Of a DNA stretch of 64,000 nt, positions 61,659 through 64,000 are shown piece after piece. The stretch is from an uncultured Nitrospirales bacterium. Its GTDB lineage: Bacteria > Hydrogenedentota > Hydrogenedentia > Hydrogenedentales > SCBR16-9. The DNA lies in NCBI GenBank assembly GCA_964537975.1, contig CAZIDP010000021.1:4264-68263 (forward strand), given 5' to 3'. The position numbers and the translations under genes were made by a program. The notes under the pieces were generated by a model. That model saw only the letters and a list, made by a program, of their open reading frames with translations, searched no databases and was not told the DNA's origin. Within the stretch, counting starts at the first letter, position 1. Each line of letters begins with the position of its first letter.

Positions 61659-62663
61659 TTATCCCTGAATGCGTGTCTTCATCCAGTTGTTCGAATTGTG
61701 AAAGTCCGCGACCGCATTGCCGGGATGTACCAGCGCATCAAACAAGGGCCGGTCAGCATCGTCGAGTTGCATTTCCAGCACAGGCGTAAACTCCTTGAGA
61801 TGCTCCAGGGTACGCGGGCCGATGATGGGCGATGTTACCGCGGGCTGGTCTTTCAACCACAATAACGCAAGCTGCCCGGCAGTCATGTTCCGCTCCTCCG
61901 CCATGGTCTTGATTCGCGCACCGATTTCCAGCCCGGCTTTGGAGAGCCGTTCATGAAACACACCACCGGCACGTTCCGCCCGTGAGCCTTCCGGTATACT
62001 TCCATCAGTTGGATACCGACCGGCCAGCATGCCCATAGCCAGGGGAGACCAGGGCAGCACGGCCAGCCCATACTCCTGGCATAGTGGTATAAGCTCATTT
62101 TCTACCCGCCGATCAAGCAGGTTGTAGGGGGGCTGCTCACTCACGTAACGTGCCAGATTGTAGCGTTCGCTGGTTGCCAGAGCTTCCATCACTTTCCAGG
62201 CTGGATGGGTTGAACAACCGGCATAACGAACTTTTCCTGCCCTGATGAGATCATCAAACGCACGCAAGGTTTCATCCTGTGGAATGTTCAATGCTGGACG
62301 ATGCAACTGGTACAAATCAATGTGGTCCGTTTGCAGTCGTTGTAAAGATGCTTCACAGGACTTGATGATGTGATAATACGAACCACCCTGATCGTTCGGG
62401 CCCGGCCCCATGGTACCGTATACCTTCGTTGCCAGAATAACTTCATCCCGTTTGCCATTATCTTTAAGGCATTTGCCGACAATCCGTTCGCTTTCTCCTG
62501 CATTGTAGACATTGGCAGTATCAATGAAATTGAATCCGGCTTCCAGCGCATGGTTGATTATTTCGAATGAATCAATCTCCGTGGTCGGTCCACCAAAATT
62601 CATAGCACCCAGACACAAGGGTGAAACCATTACACCAGTGCGGCCCAATTGTCGGTAATCCAT
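61659..62663 (-). CDS. Aldo/keto reductase
   Basis: MDYRQLGRTGVMVSPLCLGAMNFGG N-terminal AKR signature. (alpha/beta)8 length. Confidence 0.9.
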   Translation of the reverse strand: MDYRQLGRTGVMVSPLCLGAMNFGGPTTEIDSFEIINHALEAGFNFIDTANVYNAGESERIVGKCLKDNGKRDEVILATKVYGTMGPGPNDQGGSYYHIIKSCEASLQRLQTDHIDLYQLHRPALNIPQDETLRAFDDLIRAGKVRYAGCSTHPAWKVMEALATSERYNLARYVSEQPPYNLLDRRVENELIPLCQEYGLAVLPWSPLAMGMLAGRYPTDGSIPEGSRAERAGGVFHERLSKAGLEIGARIKTMAEERNMTAGQLALLWLKDQPAVTSPIIGPRTLEHLKEFTPVLEMQLDDADRPLFDALVHPGNAVADFHNSNNWMKTRIQG

Positions 62664-62726
62664 GTTTCTCACTCCTTATTGGGTTGATATTATTACTTCG
62701 TTTTTATGAAGCATTATACTTTCGGA

Positions 62727-64000
62727 TTATTCTATGCTGAACAGTCCTTCCTGAAGCGGAATCCTGAATACCAGGCGGCCATCCGGGTCCAGGCGGGATG
62801 GGACATCGCTAAGGGTGACACCATCTTTATACAATTCCATTTGTGAGCTGTTCCGGTTTGCCTCAATGGCAAAGGCCAGCTCAACGGTCAAATTCTGATC
62901 ATTCGGGATGGTTGAGCCACGTAAATCAATCTGATTGTCACGTACCGCGACATCCAGGCGTGCATCATGGAACCAGATTTGGTTTACACGAATTTCCAGG
63001 TCGCTGGGTGAATTCGGTGCGATGCGCAGTACCCCATATCCCACCGGCTCAATTCCCAGAAAACCCATGGGCCAGGCACCAAACAACAAACCACTCTCGA
63101 TAAATTCTTCGTCCAGCCCCAAGCCGCCAGAGGTGCCACCTCCTTGCAGGGAGCCATCACGTGGTTCCAGTACCGGATAGTCGGCCATAGCGTCGCCTCG
63201 GTAATAATCGCGATACAGACGTCCACCAGTACCTCCATGCTCCAGTACATCCTTATGCCATTCCATGATTTCCAGCCAACGCTGCCAGGCATCATCGGCA
63301 TCGTACACATCAATGCGGCACAGGAGGTCATAGTAGGAATGGAACAGCACAACACCGCCATCCTGAATCTGGTCACCAAAGCCCAGATGTGTCCAGACAC
63401 GCTTGCCGATGGTCCAGTCCCACAAGTACCAATAGGTGTTTTCGCGGGTACTGAAACGCGGCGCAAAGCGAAAGAAGTAAATGTCTTCGCCCTGGGAATC
63501 ATCACCGGCAACTATACGCCTGCCGGTTATCCAGTCCATGATTTTACGTGCCCTGTCTTCCGGTGCAATCCCCGAGGTTATCATCATGTGGTTCTGTAAG
63601 GTGTAACCGAAATCTTTTAAATCGCCCCGCGCATCCACTGACAACGCGTATCGTCCAGTCTCCTCATTCCAGAAGGTATCGTTGATGGCATCACGGACGA
63701 CCGGCACCAAATCCAACAAGCTGTCCACTGTCTCGCGATACGTTGTCGTGCTGTGGCCGTCAGGCCCGGATACACTCGGCATAGGTCGTTGCAGTTCCGG
63801 CTTGCGTGCTACCAGGGCTTCAATATCTGCCATGGCTATCAATGCGTCGTGAAAATGGATATTGGGTTCAAGCGCCAATGGCCCGATAGCGATGATATCC
63901 ATGTAGCCATCACCGATGCTGTGTCCCACGATTATCTCACCATTTTCATCCAGGGTCGTGCCTTCATGCCCGACAAAAAAATCGCCCACATCCAGCAATC
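62727..64000 (-). CDS. Hypothetical protein, possibly a glycoside-hydrolase-like (alpha/alpha)6-barrel enzyme; the N-terminus probably lies beyond the window
   Basis: The ORF is open to the window edge. There are Trp/Tyr-rich blocks but no diagnostic motif, so the functional call is weak. Confidence 0.4.
   Translation of the reverse strand, partial: LLDVGDFFVGHEGTTLDENGEIIVGHSIGDGYMDIIAIGPLALEPNIHFHDALIAMADIEALVARKPELQRPMPSVSGPDGHSTTTYRETVDSLLDLVPVVRDAINDTFWNEETGRYALSVDARGDLKDFGYTLQNHMMITSGIAPEDRARKIMDWITGRRIVAGDDSQGEDIYFFRFAPRFSTRENTYWYLWDWTIGKRVWTHLGFGDQIQDGGVVLFHSYYDLLCRIDVYDADDAWQRWLEIMEWHKDVLEHGGTGGRLYRDYYRGDAMADYPVLEPRDGSLQGGGTSGGLGLDEEFIESGLLFGAWPMGFLGIEPVGYGVLRIAPNSPSDLEIRVNQIWFHDARLDVAVRDNQIDLRGSTIPNDQNLTVELAFAIEANRNSSQMELYKDGVTLSDVPSRLDPDGRLVFRIPLQEGLFSIE

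Overview
This 64 kb window looks like a chromosomal segment of a roughly 46% GC bacterium, most likely Planctomycetota or a related PVC lineage. That call rests on a DUF1559 'H-X9-DG' prepilin-like protein, sigma-54 machinery, and an alternative complex III plus caa3 oxidase cluster. No tRNA, rRNA, CRISPR array or intact mobile element was found. The 61 features in the list are dominated by CDS calls with a handful of promoter, terminator, repeat and pseudogene calls.

Contents in order:

1. A high-GC gene (about 58-62% GC) for a large DUF2339-type polytopic membrane protein, with a near-consensus sigma70-like promoter upstream.
2. A low-GC accessory segment of about 11.4 kb (4.08-15.38 kb) bracketed by two diverged copies of a roughly 130 bp intergenic repeat. 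It holds a GAF-domain sigma-54 activator with a 4-Cys motif. Divergently from it lie a candidate -24/-12 promoter, a thioredoxin homolog with a WSRPC active site, a tripartite RND efflux pump and an HD-GYP phosphodiesterase. It ends in a decayed patch: two short hairpin elements sharing a TACCAC/GTGGTA motif, a glyoxalase-family C-terminal fragment, an orphan ribbon-helix-helix antitoxin next to a PIN-like remnant, and a truncated AlkD-like fragment.
3. An Ig-like (Big_2) lipoprotein gene.
4. A complete alternative complex III (actABCDEF plus a small actG-like gene) followed by SCO1/SenC and caa3-type oxidase genes coxB, coxA, coxC and coxD, all on the minus strand.
5. Divergently from actA, a complete bacterial A/V-type ATPase operon (subunits G/H, I, K, E, C, F, A, B, D), ending in a PtsN-like EIIA gene.
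6. A minus-strand carbohydrate locus: a LacI regulator, a DUF1559 protein, an unusual fusion of a TPR region, a solute-binding protein and a MalF-like permease, a MalG-like permease, a GH42-like hydrolase and a nucleoside hydrolase.
7. A secreted hypothetical protein, then groEL with a perfect CIRCE operator and no adjacent groES.
8. A DeoR regulator followed by a lipoamide acyltransferase (E2) and a fused E1 alpha/beta 2-oxoacid dehydrogenase.
9. A zinc-dependent alcohol dehydrogenase, an aldo/keto reductase, and a glycosidase-like gene that runs off the window edge.

The most unusual observations are the sigma-54, redox-sensor and efflux circuit, the two repeat families with the gene decay between them, the fused solute-binding/permease protein, and the compositional jump at the first gene.
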